Shown piece by piece: positions 1-8,841 of a DNA stretch of 38,034 nucleotides (position 1 is its first letter; each line of letters starts with the position of its first letter). This DNA is from an uncultured Gammaproteobacteria bacterium. Its GTDB lineage: Bacteria > Patescibacteriota > Patescibacteriia > Buchananbacterales > GWA2-38-13. The DNA is taken from NCBI GenBank assembly GCA_964373925.1, contig CAYJWS010000002.1, positions 4,280 to 42,313 on the forward strand. The letters run 5' to 3'. The position numbers were made by a program, and so were the translations under genes. The notes under the pieces were generated by a model. The model had not been told where the DNA came from. It made no database searches and saw nothing but the letters and a program-made list of their open reading frames with translations.

Positions 1-2
1 TC

Positions 3-1004
3 TATTTTTTGCTTATATTCCCTGTAATGGATTCGTTAAAAAATGAAAAATTTTTGCCACATATTATTGACATCCTGTATGCTTCAATCATATGGACGAG
101 TATTAAAACAGCTATACTGCTCTCGCTTTTCTCGCGAGGATTTGTTTCTGTCGGCGATTCTTTGTATAAATGGATTCGAGACACGGGAGTCGGTGAAATT
201 ACCCGGCTTGATGAAAGTTTTTTTAGAATTTTTTTTCAGTCGCATATTTTCGCGCTTATCGCGCTTTTTTTAGTACTTGCCTACTTTACTGCAACCACGA
301 TATATAGCAAAAAACAGCAAGCGCTATACGGAGTAGTTTTTTACTGTTCTCTTTTTATACTTCTTGTGAGCCAATCCAGAAGTTTTTGGATTGGCGGAAT
401 CGCCGGACTTCTAACTTTTGTTTTTATTATGAAATTGCGTTGGAAAACCAAGTGGAAAAATCTTACATTGCCGATAGCGGGCATGTGCATTGCAATTATT
501 TCCCAAATATTTTTAATCCAAACAATTTCAGGGTATTATGGCAATATATTTTTAAAAAGGACATCGCAGCTTTCCGATGATGCCGGAGGCGTTTCAAGGA
601 TAAGCCAACTAAACCCGCTTTTTTCAAAGATACAAAAACATCCTATTCTCGGATCAGGCTTTGGTACAAGCGCAACATACAAAACAAGCGATCCCCGGAT
701 TCTTGAAAAAAATCCCGACGGCGTATATACAACTTTTACCTTTGAGTGGGGGTATTTAGATACTATTCTCAAAATAGGAATTCTTGGGCTTATCTCCTAT
801 CTTATTTTTATATACACCGCCGCTTGCGATCTTTTAAAAAATCTTGAGCCTGTGAGAGTGGGACTTTTTTTCGGCCTTATCGCGCTACTTGTCACGCACA
901 TATTTACGCCGTATCTGAATCATCCTTTGGGAATTGGATTTATTCTCTTGTGCTTTGCATGGACTGAAAATCAAAAAATTCTATCAAATGAAAGCAATGC
1001 TTGA
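3..1004 (+). CDS. O-antigen ligase/Wzy_C family membrane protein, 5'-truncated at window edge
   Basis: Frame open from the window start; many TM segments, 'SQSRSFWIG' motif, loop 'SRISQ...HPILGSGFG', then 'YLDTILKIGILG'. Confidence 0.75.
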   Translation, partial: YFLLIFPVMDSLKNEKFLPHIIDILYASIIWTSIKTAILLSLFSRGFVSVGDSLYKWIRDTGVGEITRLDESFFRIFFQSHIFALIALFLVLAYFTATTIYSKKQQALYGVVFYCSLFILLVSQSRSFWIGGIAGLLTFVFIMKLRWKTKWKNLTLPIAGMCIAIISQIFLIQTISGYYGNIFLKRTSQLSDDAGGVSRISQLNPLFSKIQKHPILGSGFGTSATYKTSDPRILEKNPDGVYTTFTFEWGYLDTILKIGILGLISYLIFIYTAACDLLKNLEPVRVGLFFGLIALLVTHIFTPYLNHPLGIGFILLCFAWTENQKILSNESNA

Positions 1005-1007
1005 ATA

Positions 1008-1036
1008 TAAAAAAAGAGGATTCCGAAGAATCCTCT
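1008..1036 (-). terminator. Intrinsic terminator for the minus-strand orphan gene
   Basis: AGAGGATTC (1015-1023) / GAATCCTCT (1028-1036); on the minus strand a C(UUCG)G tetraloop followed by a U run. Confidence 0.7.
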
Positions 1037-1099
1037 CGATGGTTGTTGCAATAAAAGAACATAATACGTATTTTGACCCGCCGAACCCGAGCGCAGGCG

Positions 1100-1441
1100 T
1101 TATCGTATTCCCGATTTTCTACCACCTAATGAAAAAACAGCGATCCCCAACCCTGCAAAGAACACAACACCACTCACCACAAGAACCGCTTGCTTGTTAA
1201 ACGTCTGCTTGTTATGCCACCTCCACAACTCTTCGTCTTCGCGTCTTTCCTTTTTACGATGGCTTTCACGCTCGCTATCCGACATTGGAAAAGGGGAATC
1301 TGAATTGTTGAAGTATCTCGATCTTGGCACGGGCTCTCTCATTTTCCCAATTACCGCGTCTCGTGAAACAAATCCGGCAAGTCCTACAGCCAGCAGCACT
1401 AAACCCAAAAACAAACGCGCCTTATCAATTCCGTCAGACAT
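1100..1441 (-). CDS. Hypothetical two-TM membrane protein (113 aa, MSDGIDKAR...)
   Basis: GGAGG just upstream of ATG 1441; two hydrophobic segments flank a charged loop; has its own promoter and terminator. Confidence 0.6.
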   Translation of the reverse strand: MSDGIDKARLFLGLVLLAVGLAGFVSRDAVIGKMREPVPRSRYFNNSDSPFPMSDSERESHRKKERREDEELWRWHNKQTFNKQAVLVVSGVVFFAGLGIAVFSLGGRKSGIR

Positions 1442-1534
1442 AAAGATCCTCCATCTTCGGACACTGTGTCCGATTGACATTTTTGCCTCTTTCCCCAAGG
1501 CACGAGGTCAACTCAACACTTGAGTTGAATTTAT

Positions 1535-1563
1535 ATAATACCATTAATATATATTTTTGTCAA
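1535..1563 (-). promoter_or_regulatory. Sigma70-type promoter for the minus-strand orphan gene
   Basis: Minus strand TTGACA (1563-1558), 17 nt spacer, TG-G-TATTAT (1540-1535). Confidence 0.6.
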
Positions 1564-1635
1564 AATAATCAATTATATAACTCAATTTTTGCTAAACTAT
1601 AATGATATAAAAATCTTCTCAAATTATTTTTTCTG

Positions 1636-1663
1636 TTGACAAATCCTGCCTATATGATACTAT
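1636..1663 (+). promoter_or_regulatory. Sigma70-type promoter for rpsB-tsf
   Basis: TTGACA 1636-1641, 16 nt spacer, extended -10 TG-A-TACTAT 1658-1663. Confidence 0.65.
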
Positions 1664-1686
1664 AAAGACTACAATATTTAATTAAA

Positions 1687-1836
1687 ACACATACTGCTAC
1701 ACACCTTATTTCCATCCTCCCTGTTTTGTCATTCCGAACTTGTTTCGGAATCTACAAGTGATCCTGAACCAAGTTCAGGATGACAGAGAAGCAAACTGGG
1801 CAGAAATAAGAGGCAGTAGAGGAGCTCGCAAGGGCT
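1687..1836 (+). promoter_or_regulatory. Structured rpsB 5' leader (putative S2 autoregulatory element)
   Basis: ACACA followed by long-range stems TACTGC(1692-1697)/GCAGTA(1813-1818) and CTTATTTC(1705-1712)/GAAATAAG(1803-1810), plus a GCAA-tetraloop hairpin at 1823-1836. Confidence 0.45.
1727..1785. repeat. REP-like TGTCAT...ATGACA palindromic element
   Basis: Terminal TGTCAT/ATGACA enclosing hairpins ATTCCGAA/TTCGGAAT and ATCCTGAAC/GTTCAGGAT. Confidence 0.7.
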
Positions 1837-1853
1837 AAAAAGGAAACATATAT

Positions 1854-2585
1854 ATGTCGGAAAAAATAAGTATTTTAGATTTGTTTAAAGCCGGGGTTCA
1901 TTTCGGCCATCAAGTATCTCGATGGCATCCAAAAATGAAGCCTTTTATTTTTACCCAGAAAAACGGCGTGCACATAATCAATCTGGAGATGACTGAAGAA
2001 AAAATAAAAAACGCGCATGATTTTATTAAAAAAATAGTTGCAAATGGCGGCACTCTTCTTTTTGTTTCAACAAAAAAGCAGGCGCAACCGATAATTGTAA
2101 AGTACGCGAAAGAAGTTGGCATGCCGTATGTCACCGAGCGCTGGCTTGGCGGAACATTTACGAATTTCGCGGAAGTGCGGAGGCTCGTTCAATACTATAT
2201 TACCCTCAAACAACGAAAAGAATCTGGTGATCTCGCCTCAAAATATACAAAAAAAGAACAATTAAAATTCGATAAAGAAATGGAAAAATTGCAAAGAATA
2301 GTCAGTGGCATAGTTGATTTAAAAAAACTTCCTGATGCTATATTCGTAGTAGATATTAAAACTGACACGACAACCATTCATGAAGCTTACAAAAAAGAAA
2401 TTCCTATAGTTGCCATCTGCGACTCCAATGTGAATCCAGATGCCATTACGTACCCTATACCCGGAAACGATGACGGCATAAAATCAATTGAGCTTATCAC
2501 AAGCTATATAGCATCCGCAGTAAAAGAAGGGCTTGAGGAAAAAAATAAAAAACAACCGGCTAAATCTAGTTCAAAAATCAAATAA
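1854..2585 (+). CDS. rpsB: 30S ribosomal protein S2
   Basis: AGVHFGH, WHPKM, RWLGGTFTN, IPGNDD motifs. Confidence 0.98.
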   Translation: MSEKISILDLFKAGVHFGHQVSRWHPKMKPFIFTQKNGVHIINLEMTEEKIKNAHDFIKKIVANGGTLLFVSTKKQAQPIIVKYAKEVGMPYVTERWLGGTFTNFAEVRRLVQYYITLKQRKESGDLASKYTKKEQLKFDKEMEKLQRIVSGIVDLKKLPDAIFVVDIKTDTTTIHEAYKKEIPIVAICDSNVNPDAITYPIPGNDDGIKSIELITSYIASAVKEGLEEKNKKQPAKSSSKIK

Positions 2586-2597
2586 AATTATAATAAT

Positions 2598-3386
2598 ATG
2601 GCAGTTGATACAAAGATACTTCTCCATTTACGAAAAATTACCGGGGCTGGAATCAATGATTGCCAAGAGGCTCTCGAACAAAGTAATAATGACATCGACA
2701 AAGCAATAGATGTTTTAAGAAAAAAAGGCGCGCTTAAAGCCGCAAAAAAAGCCGACCGTGAAACCAAAGAAGGAGTTATCGAAATAGCGATTTCAAATGA
2801 TAATAAGTTAGGATCAATGGTTTCATTGCTTTGCGAATCGGATTTTGTGGCAAAAAATAACGATTTCATTAAGTTTGTAAAAGATCTTGCGCGTTTTGGC
2901 TTGGAAGGAAACATTCAGCAAGAATTCAACAGTAAAAAAGAAGCATTGATCTTAAAAATAGGAGAAAATATAACGCTTGGAGCGTCGGAGGCGATCAAGA
3001 GCGAATATGTTGAAGGATATATACATGCAAATAAAAAAGTCGGAGTTTTAGTTTCTTTTAATGGAAAGGTAGAAAAAGAGCTAGCGCATGATATTGCCAT
3101 CCACATCGCCGCTTCAAATCCCATCTACATAGACAAAAAAGACGTTCCAAAAGAGGTTATTGATAAGGAGCTTGAAATTTATCGCGAGCAGATAAAAAAT
3201 GAAAAAAAACCAGCCGAAATTATTGAAAAAATTGCGCAAGGCAAGCTCCAGAAGTTTTTTGAAGAAAACTGCCTTCTTCTGCAGCCATTCGTGAAAGATG
3301 ACAAAAAAACAGTTCAAAACTATATTGATGAACATTCTGCAGGAAAAAAAATAGAAATACTTTCATTCACCCGTTTTTACATCTAG
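2598..3386 (+). CDS. tsf: Elongation factor Ts
   Basis: LRKITGAG..DC..AL, KKADRETKEG, CESDFVA; follows rpsB. Confidence 0.97.
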   Translation: MAVDTKILLHLRKITGAGINDCQEALEQSNNDIDKAIDVLRKKGALKAAKKADRETKEGVIEIAISNDNKLGSMVSLLCESDFVAKNNDFIKFVKDLARFGLEGNIQQEFNSKKEALILKIGENITLGASEAIKSEYVEGYIHANKKVGVLVSFNGKVEKELAHDIAIHIAASNPIYIDKKDVPKEVIDKELEIYREQIKNEKKPAEIIEKIAQGKLQKFFEENCLLLQPFVKDDKKTVQNYIDEHSAGKKIEILSFTRFYI

Positions 3387-3441
3387 CATATTAGACGCGA
3401 AAAAACTTCTATAAGTTTTTATCGTAACATAAACCATTTCA

Positions 3442-4215
3442 ATGAAAAAAATTTTCTTGTTTACAATTTTCATTCTTTCTCTTTTCGGTTTTGTTGCCTG
3501 CCAAAAGTCACGAGTTAACCCACAAAAAGAGTCCCTCAATATATCGGCTGAAATTCCAGATTCAAAAACAACAATCGATATAACAGAAAAAAATAATCAA
3601 GCGATTTTTGCTAATCCAGGAGACGTGATTTTAGTAGTGCTCAAAGGTGAAAAAAAATCCATTCTACAATGGTCATTTCGAGAACCAACGGCAGGCGGTT
3701 ATCTTAGCCTGAAAGAACATAATGTTATTAGTGAGGGAGACCTGAGATTACAAGCAAATGAATATCTTTCCGAATGGAAAATAAAAATAATAAAGCCGGG
3801 AGTATTCACCTTGCGATTTCATCTCGAAGACCCGCTGAAGCCAAAAATCCCAAAGCAAGTATTTAAGGCAAAAATAATAAGCGGAAAAAAACTGGAAGAG
3901 CTTTCTGGGATAATACTTGATTCTCCAAAAGAAAATGACATAATCGCAGGCAAAGAGGTGAATATAAACGGGTACGCAAAGACCTCCACAGAATACAACG
4001 GCTTAGTGTATTACCGGCTCACTGATGAAAAAAATGCGATAATCCAAGAAGGAGATATGCAGGTTTCATCTGGCTCTTCCGAATTCGGCTATTTTGAAAA
4101 GAAAATTCTTCTAAAAAAAGCATTAAAAATAAAAGGAACGCTCAAGGTATACGAAGTAAGCGCAAAAGACAAATCTGAACGTAATCCAACCATAGTAAAT
4201 ATTCAGTTTCAATAG
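3442..4215 (+). CDS. Lipoprotein with chagasin/I42-like N-domain and Gmad2-like Ig C-domain
   Basis: Signal peptide with lipobox FVAC; 'PGDVILVVL..QW..W.IK.IKPGVFTLRF' and 'LDSPKEND..INGYAK..YRLTD..GYFE..GTLKVYEVSAKD' patterns recognised by eye. Confidence 0.5.
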   Translation: MKKIFLFTIFILSLFGFVACQKSRVNPQKESLNISAEIPDSKTTIDITEKNNQAIFANPGDVILVVLKGEKKSILQWSFREPTAGGYLSLKEHNVISEGDLRLQANEYLSEWKIKIIKPGVFTLRFHLEDPLKPKIPKQVFKAKIISGKKLEELSGIILDSPKENDIIAGKEVNINGYAKTSTEYNGLVYYRLTDEKNAIIQEGDMQVSSGSSEFGYFEKKILLKKALKIKGTLKVYEVSAKDKSERNPTIVNIQFQ

Positions 4216-4220
4216 AATAC

Positions 4221-4259
4221 AAAAAGGCTTGAAAATAATGCTCAAATCAAGCTTTTTTT
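4221..4259. terminator. Probable bidirectional terminator hairpin
   Basis: AAAAAGGCTTGA (4221-4232) / TCAAGCTTTTTT (4247-4258). Confidence 0.5.
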
Positions 4260-4272
4260 ATTTGTAAAAAAA

Positions 4273-4281
4273 TGCTATAAT
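4273..4281 (+). promoter_or_regulatory. Extended -10 promoter for the gap operon
   Basis: TG-C-TATAAT, 32 nt before the gap ATG. Confidence 0.55.
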
Positions 4282-4313
4282 ACCTATATCTTTACACTTA
4301 ATAAAAATAAAAT

Positions 4314-5336
4314 ATGTCAATAAAAATAGCTATTAACGGGTTTGGCAGAATTGGCAGAGCCGCCTTCAAAGCCGCGCTTAATAAAAAAAATGTTGAAATT
4401 GTAGCGATAAACGACCTTATGAATCCAAAAACATTGGCTCATTTGCTTAAATATGATACTGTCTATGGGATATACCAAAAAAATATTTCAATAAAAGGCA
4501 ACAATCTCATAGTAGATACGAAATCATTTCCTTTATATGCCGAAAGGGATCCAGCAAAGCTTCCCTGGGCAAAGCTCAAAGTTGACGTAGTGCTAGAATG
4601 CACCGGTTTTTTTACAAGCAAAGACGCGGCATCATCGCACATCAAGGGAGGAGCCAAAAAAGTTATCATCTCCGCTCCGGCAAAAGACGAAATGACGCAG
4701 ACGCTTGTTTTAGGCACCAAAGAAACGCAAAAAAAATTGACGCTAAAAAAATCAGAGAATATCATATCAAACGCTTCCTGCACCACAAACTGCATATCCC
4801 CGGTCATTCAAGTTCTGGAAAGCGAATTTGGCATTGAAAAAGGCATGATGACCACGGTGCATTCATACACAGCCGACCAGACGCTGGTTGACGGGCCGCA
4901 TAAAGATCTGCGAAGAGCGCGCGCTGCCGCACAAAATATTATTCCAACATCTACAGGAGCCGCCATAGCAACCACCAAAGTGGTTTCAAGCCTCAAGAAT
5001 CTTTTTGACGGCATATCCATACGAGTTCCCACTCCGTGCGTTTCATTATCCGACATAACATGTGTTTTAAAAAAAGACACTACGGTTGAAGAAATCAATA
5101 ATACATTCAAAAAAGCAACAAAGCTTCCTCTGTACAAAGATATACTTGATGTTACCGATATGCCCCTTGTTTCGTCCGACTATATTGGATCGCCCTATTC
5201 AGCTATTGTTGACACAGCGTTTACAAGAGTTGTCGGAGGTAATTTAGTGAAAATCCTTGCGTGGTACGATAATGAATGGGCATACAGCTTGCGGCTTGTG
5301 GAAATGGCAGAATTAGTCGGAAAATCAATGCGATAA
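4314..5336 (+). CDS. gap: Type I glyceraldehyde-3-phosphate dehydrogenase
   Basis: INGFGRIGR, catalytic SNASCTTNC, WYDNEW. Confidence 0.98.
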   Translation: MSIKIAINGFGRIGRAAFKAALNKKNVEIVAINDLMNPKTLAHLLKYDTVYGIYQKNISIKGNNLIVDTKSFPLYAERDPAKLPWAKLKVDVVLECTGFFTSKDAASSHIKGGAKKVIISAPAKDEMTQTLVLGTKETQKKLTLKKSENIISNASCTTNCISPVIQVLESEFGIEKGMMTTVHSYTADQTLVDGPHKDLRRARAAAQNIIPTSTGAAIATTKVVSSLKNLFDGISIRVPTPCVSLSDITCVLKKDTTVEEINNTFKKATKLPLYKDILDVTDMPLVSSDYIGSPYSAIVDTAFTRVVGGNLVKILAWYDNEWAYSLRLVEMAELVGKSMR

Positions 5337-5584
5337 TGAAGGCAATCAACCGCAATACATTCAAACACATAGCAATTTCTTTTTTGCTGTTTATTTTTAT
5401 TGAAATGGTGACACAATCGATAATTACCGGCGCAATCATCGTTATTGCCTTAGGCCTTTGTAAAGAAGTATTCGATCATTTGAAAAAAAATAAAAATACA
5501 TACTCCGAATCCGCAATAGACATGCTCGCAAACGCCTCTGGAATAGTTTTAGGCTTTTTTATATATAAAACATTTTTACAATGA
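5336..5584 (+). CDS. Small membrane protein (82 aa), YfiM/VanZ-like
   Basis: Start overlaps gap stop (TAATG), stop overlaps pgk start (ATGA); motifs KH..S, KE..D, D..AN..G. Confidence 0.55.
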   Translation: MKAINRNTFKHIAISFLLFIFIEMVTQSIITGAIIVIALGLCKEVFDHLKKNKNTYSESAIDMLANASGIVLGFFIYKTFLQ

Positions 5585-6762
5585 TGTTGCGATCAATCAA
5601 AGAAATTAAAAACCTTAAAGGTAAAAAAGTTATATTGAGAATTGACTGCAATGTCACACTTGACGCGAAAAGAAGGCTTCGAAAAGGCGAAGACGCTCGC
5701 ATAGTAATGTCTCTTCCCACTATTCAATATCTTGTAAGAAAAAAAGCAATAGTGATTATTATTACCCACATGGGAAGGCCGAAAGGAAAAAGAGATGAAA
5801 AATTTTCTCTTGATCCAATTGCTGAAAGGCTTTCGGTTCTTCTTAAGAAAAAAATAAAAAAAGTAGATGCGATAACAGGAACTCTCGTTGAAAACGCCAT
5901 AAAAAATGCAAAAGAAGGCGATATAATAATGCTTGAAAACATCCGTTTTTATCCGGAGGAAGAAAAAAATGACCAATTTTTTGCGCGAAAACTAGCGAGC
6001 TTGGGCGATATGTATGTCAATGACGCTTTCTCTAATTCTCATAAAAAGCATGCCTCTATGGTTGCCATAACGTCATTCCTTCCAAGCTATGCGGGATTCC
6101 TTCTTGAAAAAGAAGTAAAGACGCTAAGCGATATAATAACCAATGCAAAAAAACCTGTTGCTGTCATCTTGGGCGGCGCTAAGATTTCAACAAAGCTCGG
6201 ACTTATTCATACGTTTGAAAAAACCGCAGACTATATTCTTTTGGGAGGCGCGCTCGCCAATACCGCCCTTGAAGCGTCCAAAATATCTATCGGCCGATCC
6301 CTGACGGAACATGGCATGATTCCAGCTATAAAAAAAATTATTATTGCATCAAAAAAAATATATCTTCCCATAGATCTCGTGTGCGCAAATAGCATATCAA
6401 AAAATGCGAATATTCGAATTTCTAAAATTCAAGATGTCAAGCCAAACGAATATATATTGGATATAGGCCCCAAAACCGTACAAGAATATTCACTTATTCT
6501 AAAAAAATCAAAAACCATAATTTGGAACGGCCCGCTTGGCATGATAGAATACAAGAACTTCAGTAAAGGAACACGAGAAATATTTAAAGCGCTTGTTGGG
6601 ACGCGATCACAAATAATTATCGGGGGAGGCGACACGCTCAAAGGAATCGTGCATTTTTTCAACAGCGGTAAAAAAAATATATTTCTATCAAGCGGAGGAG
6701 GAGCCATGCTGCAATTTTTAGAAAATGAAAATCTTCCCGCGCTTTTACCTTTAAAAAAATAA
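5581..6762 (+). CDS. pgk: Phosphoglycerate kinase
   Basis: RIDCNV, HMGRPKG, LENIRF, YVNDAF, GGAK, DIGPKT, WNGP, GGGDT, SGGGA. Confidence 0.96.
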   Translation: MMLRSIKEIKNLKGKKVILRIDCNVTLDAKRRLRKGEDARIVMSLPTIQYLVRKKAIVIIITHMGRPKGKRDEKFSLDPIAERLSVLLKKKIKKVDAITGTLVENAIKNAKEGDIIMLENIRFYPEEEKNDQFFARKLASLGDMYVNDAFSNSHKKHASMVAITSFLPSYAGFLLEKEVKTLSDIITNAKKPVAVILGGAKISTKLGLIHTFEKTADYILLGGALANTALEASKISIGRSLTEHGMIPAIKKIIIASKKIYLPIDLVCANSISKNANIRISKIQDVKPNEYILDIGPKTVQEYSLILKKSKTIIWNGPLGMIEYKNFSKGTREIFKALVGTRSQIIIGGGDTLKGIVHFFNSGKKNIFLSSGGGAMLQFLENENLPALLPLKK

Positions 6763-6778
6763 TTCATAATATAAACAT

Positions 6779-7552
6779 ATGCCAGAAATTCAAATCTCAC
6801 AAAAAAAATGGATACAGGTCTTTTTCGCGATTTCGCTTATCGCGCTCTCCCTCTATCTTGTATCTCTTACAAGAAACGCGTGGAAAACAAACGATTATAT
6901 CGGTAAATCAACCGAATCTCCGCACACCATCACCATAAGCGGCAAAGGCAAAGCATATGCCATACCCGATATTGCGCAAGTATCTCTTGGGCTTAAAACT
7001 GAAAAATCTAATGTTTCAGATGCGCAAGTAGAAAATACAAAAAAAATAAACGCGATGCATGACCAGCTCAAAAAATTAGATATTCCAAAAGAAGATATAA
7101 CCTCAACGCAATATAACGTATATCCCGTATATGACTGGGTAAATAACAGGCAAAACTTGAGAGCGTATAGCGTTGATCAAAATATTTCTATAAAAATAAG
7201 GAACTTTGAAAAAATTCCAAAAGTGCTTCAGCTTATCGGCGAACTTGGCCTCAATCAGGTAGGTGGTTTGACATTTACCGTAGACGACATTGAAAAATTT
7301 GAGCAGGAAGCGAGGCTTAAAGCCTTACAAGACGCTAAGGAAAAGGCGCAAACACTCTCAAAGGAGGCCGGAGTAAAGCTCGGACGCGTTGTTTCATTTT
7401 CCGAAAACAATTCCGTGCCGCCGCCATATATGCCATACTATAAAAGCTATGCAATGGAAGCGGGCGCCCAAGCAGACATTCCCGCCCCTACAATTCAAGC
7501 GGGAAACCAAGAAATTACGGTGCAAATTACCATATCCTACGAAATCCTCTAA
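6779..7552 (+). CDS. SIMPL (DUF541/BP26-like) domain protein
   Basis: N-terminal TM, 'TITISGKG..AIPDIA', 'AR.KAL.DAK.KA..L....GVKLG.V', 'G.QEI.V.I.ISY'. Confidence 0.85.
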   Translation: MPEIQISQKKWIQVFFAISLIALSLYLVSLTRNAWKTNDYIGKSTESPHTITISGKGKAYAIPDIAQVSLGLKTEKSNVSDAQVENTKKINAMHDQLKKLDIPKEDITSTQYNVYPVYDWVNNRQNLRAYSVDQNISIKIRNFEKIPKVLQLIGELGLNQVGGLTFTVDDIEKFEQEARLKALQDAKEKAQTLSKEAGVKLGRVVSFSENNSVPPPYMPYYKSYAMEAGAQADIPAPTIQAGNQEITVQITISYEIL

Positions 7553-7572
7553 ATGAATATAATTGTTATCGT

Positions 7573-8841
7573 ATGAAAAATTCCATTACATCAATTTTAG
7601 CTCGAGAAATAATCGATTCAATGGGAAACCCAACCGTTGAGGCGGAAGTTATAATTGGAAAGAAATTCAAAGGAAAAGCCTCTGTTCCTTCAGGCGCGTC
7701 AACGGGCCTTCACGAAGCGAGCGAATTGAGGGATAACGACAAAAAACGATATAACGGCAAAGGAGTTCTTCGCGCGGTAAAAAATGTTAATATAACCATT
7801 GCAAAAAAACTTATAGGAAAAAATTTTAGATCACTCAACGAAATTGATGGCGTTCTTCTCGCGCTTGACGGAACAAAAAATAAATCGCGCCTTGGAGCGA
7901 ACGCGATTCTCTCTGTTTCAATGGCCAGTGTGCGCGCGCTTGCGAATGAAAAAAAACTCCCGCTCTATGCGTACTTGCGAAAAATATTTTTTGGGAATAT
8001 TCAAACATGGAATATGCCTACGTGCATGATGAACATAATGAATGGGGGAGCGCACGCAAATGTTAGCACTGATTTTCAAGAATATATGATATTGCCCCAA
8101 TTTAAAAGCGTATCAAGGCAAATCCAATGTGGAGCTGAAATATTTCATGCTCTAAAATATATTATTGCGTCAAAGAAACTGCCTACAACCGTTGGAGACG
8201 AAGGCGGATTTGCGCTGCGTGCGAACAACAATGAAGAACCTCTCAAACTTATATCAAGGGCGGTTGTGGCAGCGGGCTACAATTTACATTTAGTAAAATT
8301 CGGGCTTGATGTGGCATCTTCGGAGTTTTATTCAAACGGAAAATATATTCTAAAAACCGAGGGCCGCAAGAATACAAGCGAAAAGATGATAGCGTATTAC
8401 AAAAATTTAATAAAAAATTATCCTATCGTGTCAATAGAAGACGCTCTTGCGGAAGATGACTGGGCAGGCTGGCATTATCTTACAAAAATACTTGGTAAAA
8501 AAATACATCTTATAGGAGATGATCTTTTCGCAACAAATATTGAAAGGCTCAAGAAGGGGATAAAAAAAAATATCGCGAACGCAATTCTTGTAAAAATCAA
8601 CCAAATTGGAACAATAACAGAAACAATTAAGACAATCCTTGAGGCGAAAAAACATTCATACGCCACTGCGATCTCACACCGCTCGGGAGAAACAACCGAT
8701 GATTTTATTTCAGATCTTGCTATAGCATCAGGAGCTGAATTTATCAAAACAGGCTCGCTGTGTCGAGGAGAAAGAATAGTAAAATATAACCGTCTCATGG
8801 AGATTGAAGAAGAGGTTAAAAGAAAAAATTCTTATGGTTAA
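7573..8841 (+). CDS. eno: Enolase
   Basis: GNPTVE, VPSGASTG, NGGAH, GDEGGF, GDDLF, KINQIGT, SHRSGET, IKTG. Confidence 0.98.
   Translation: MKNSITSILAREIIDSMGNPTVEAEVIIGKKFKGKASVPSGASTGLHEASELRDNDKKRYNGKGVLRAVKNVNITIAKKLIGKNFRSLNEIDGVLLALDGTKNKSRLGANAILSVSMASVRALANEKKLPLYAYLRKIFFGNIQTWNMPTCMMNIMNGGAHANVSTDFQEYMILPQFKSVSRQIQCGAEIFHALKYIIASKKLPTTVGDEGGFALRANNNEEPLKLISRAVVAAGYNLHLVKFGLDVASSEFYSNGKYILKTEGRKNTSEKMIAYYKNLIKNYPIVSIEDALAEDDWAGWHYLTKILGKKIHLIGDDLFATNIERLKKGIKKNIANAILVKINQIGTITETIKTILEAKKHSYATAISHRSGETTDDFISDLAIASGAEFIKTGSLCRGERIVKYNRLMEIEEEVKRKNSYG

Noticed and set aside
934..1523. Plus-strand ORFs 934-1200 and 1194-1523
   Set aside because: Antisense to the better-supported minus gene, which has SD, promoter and terminator
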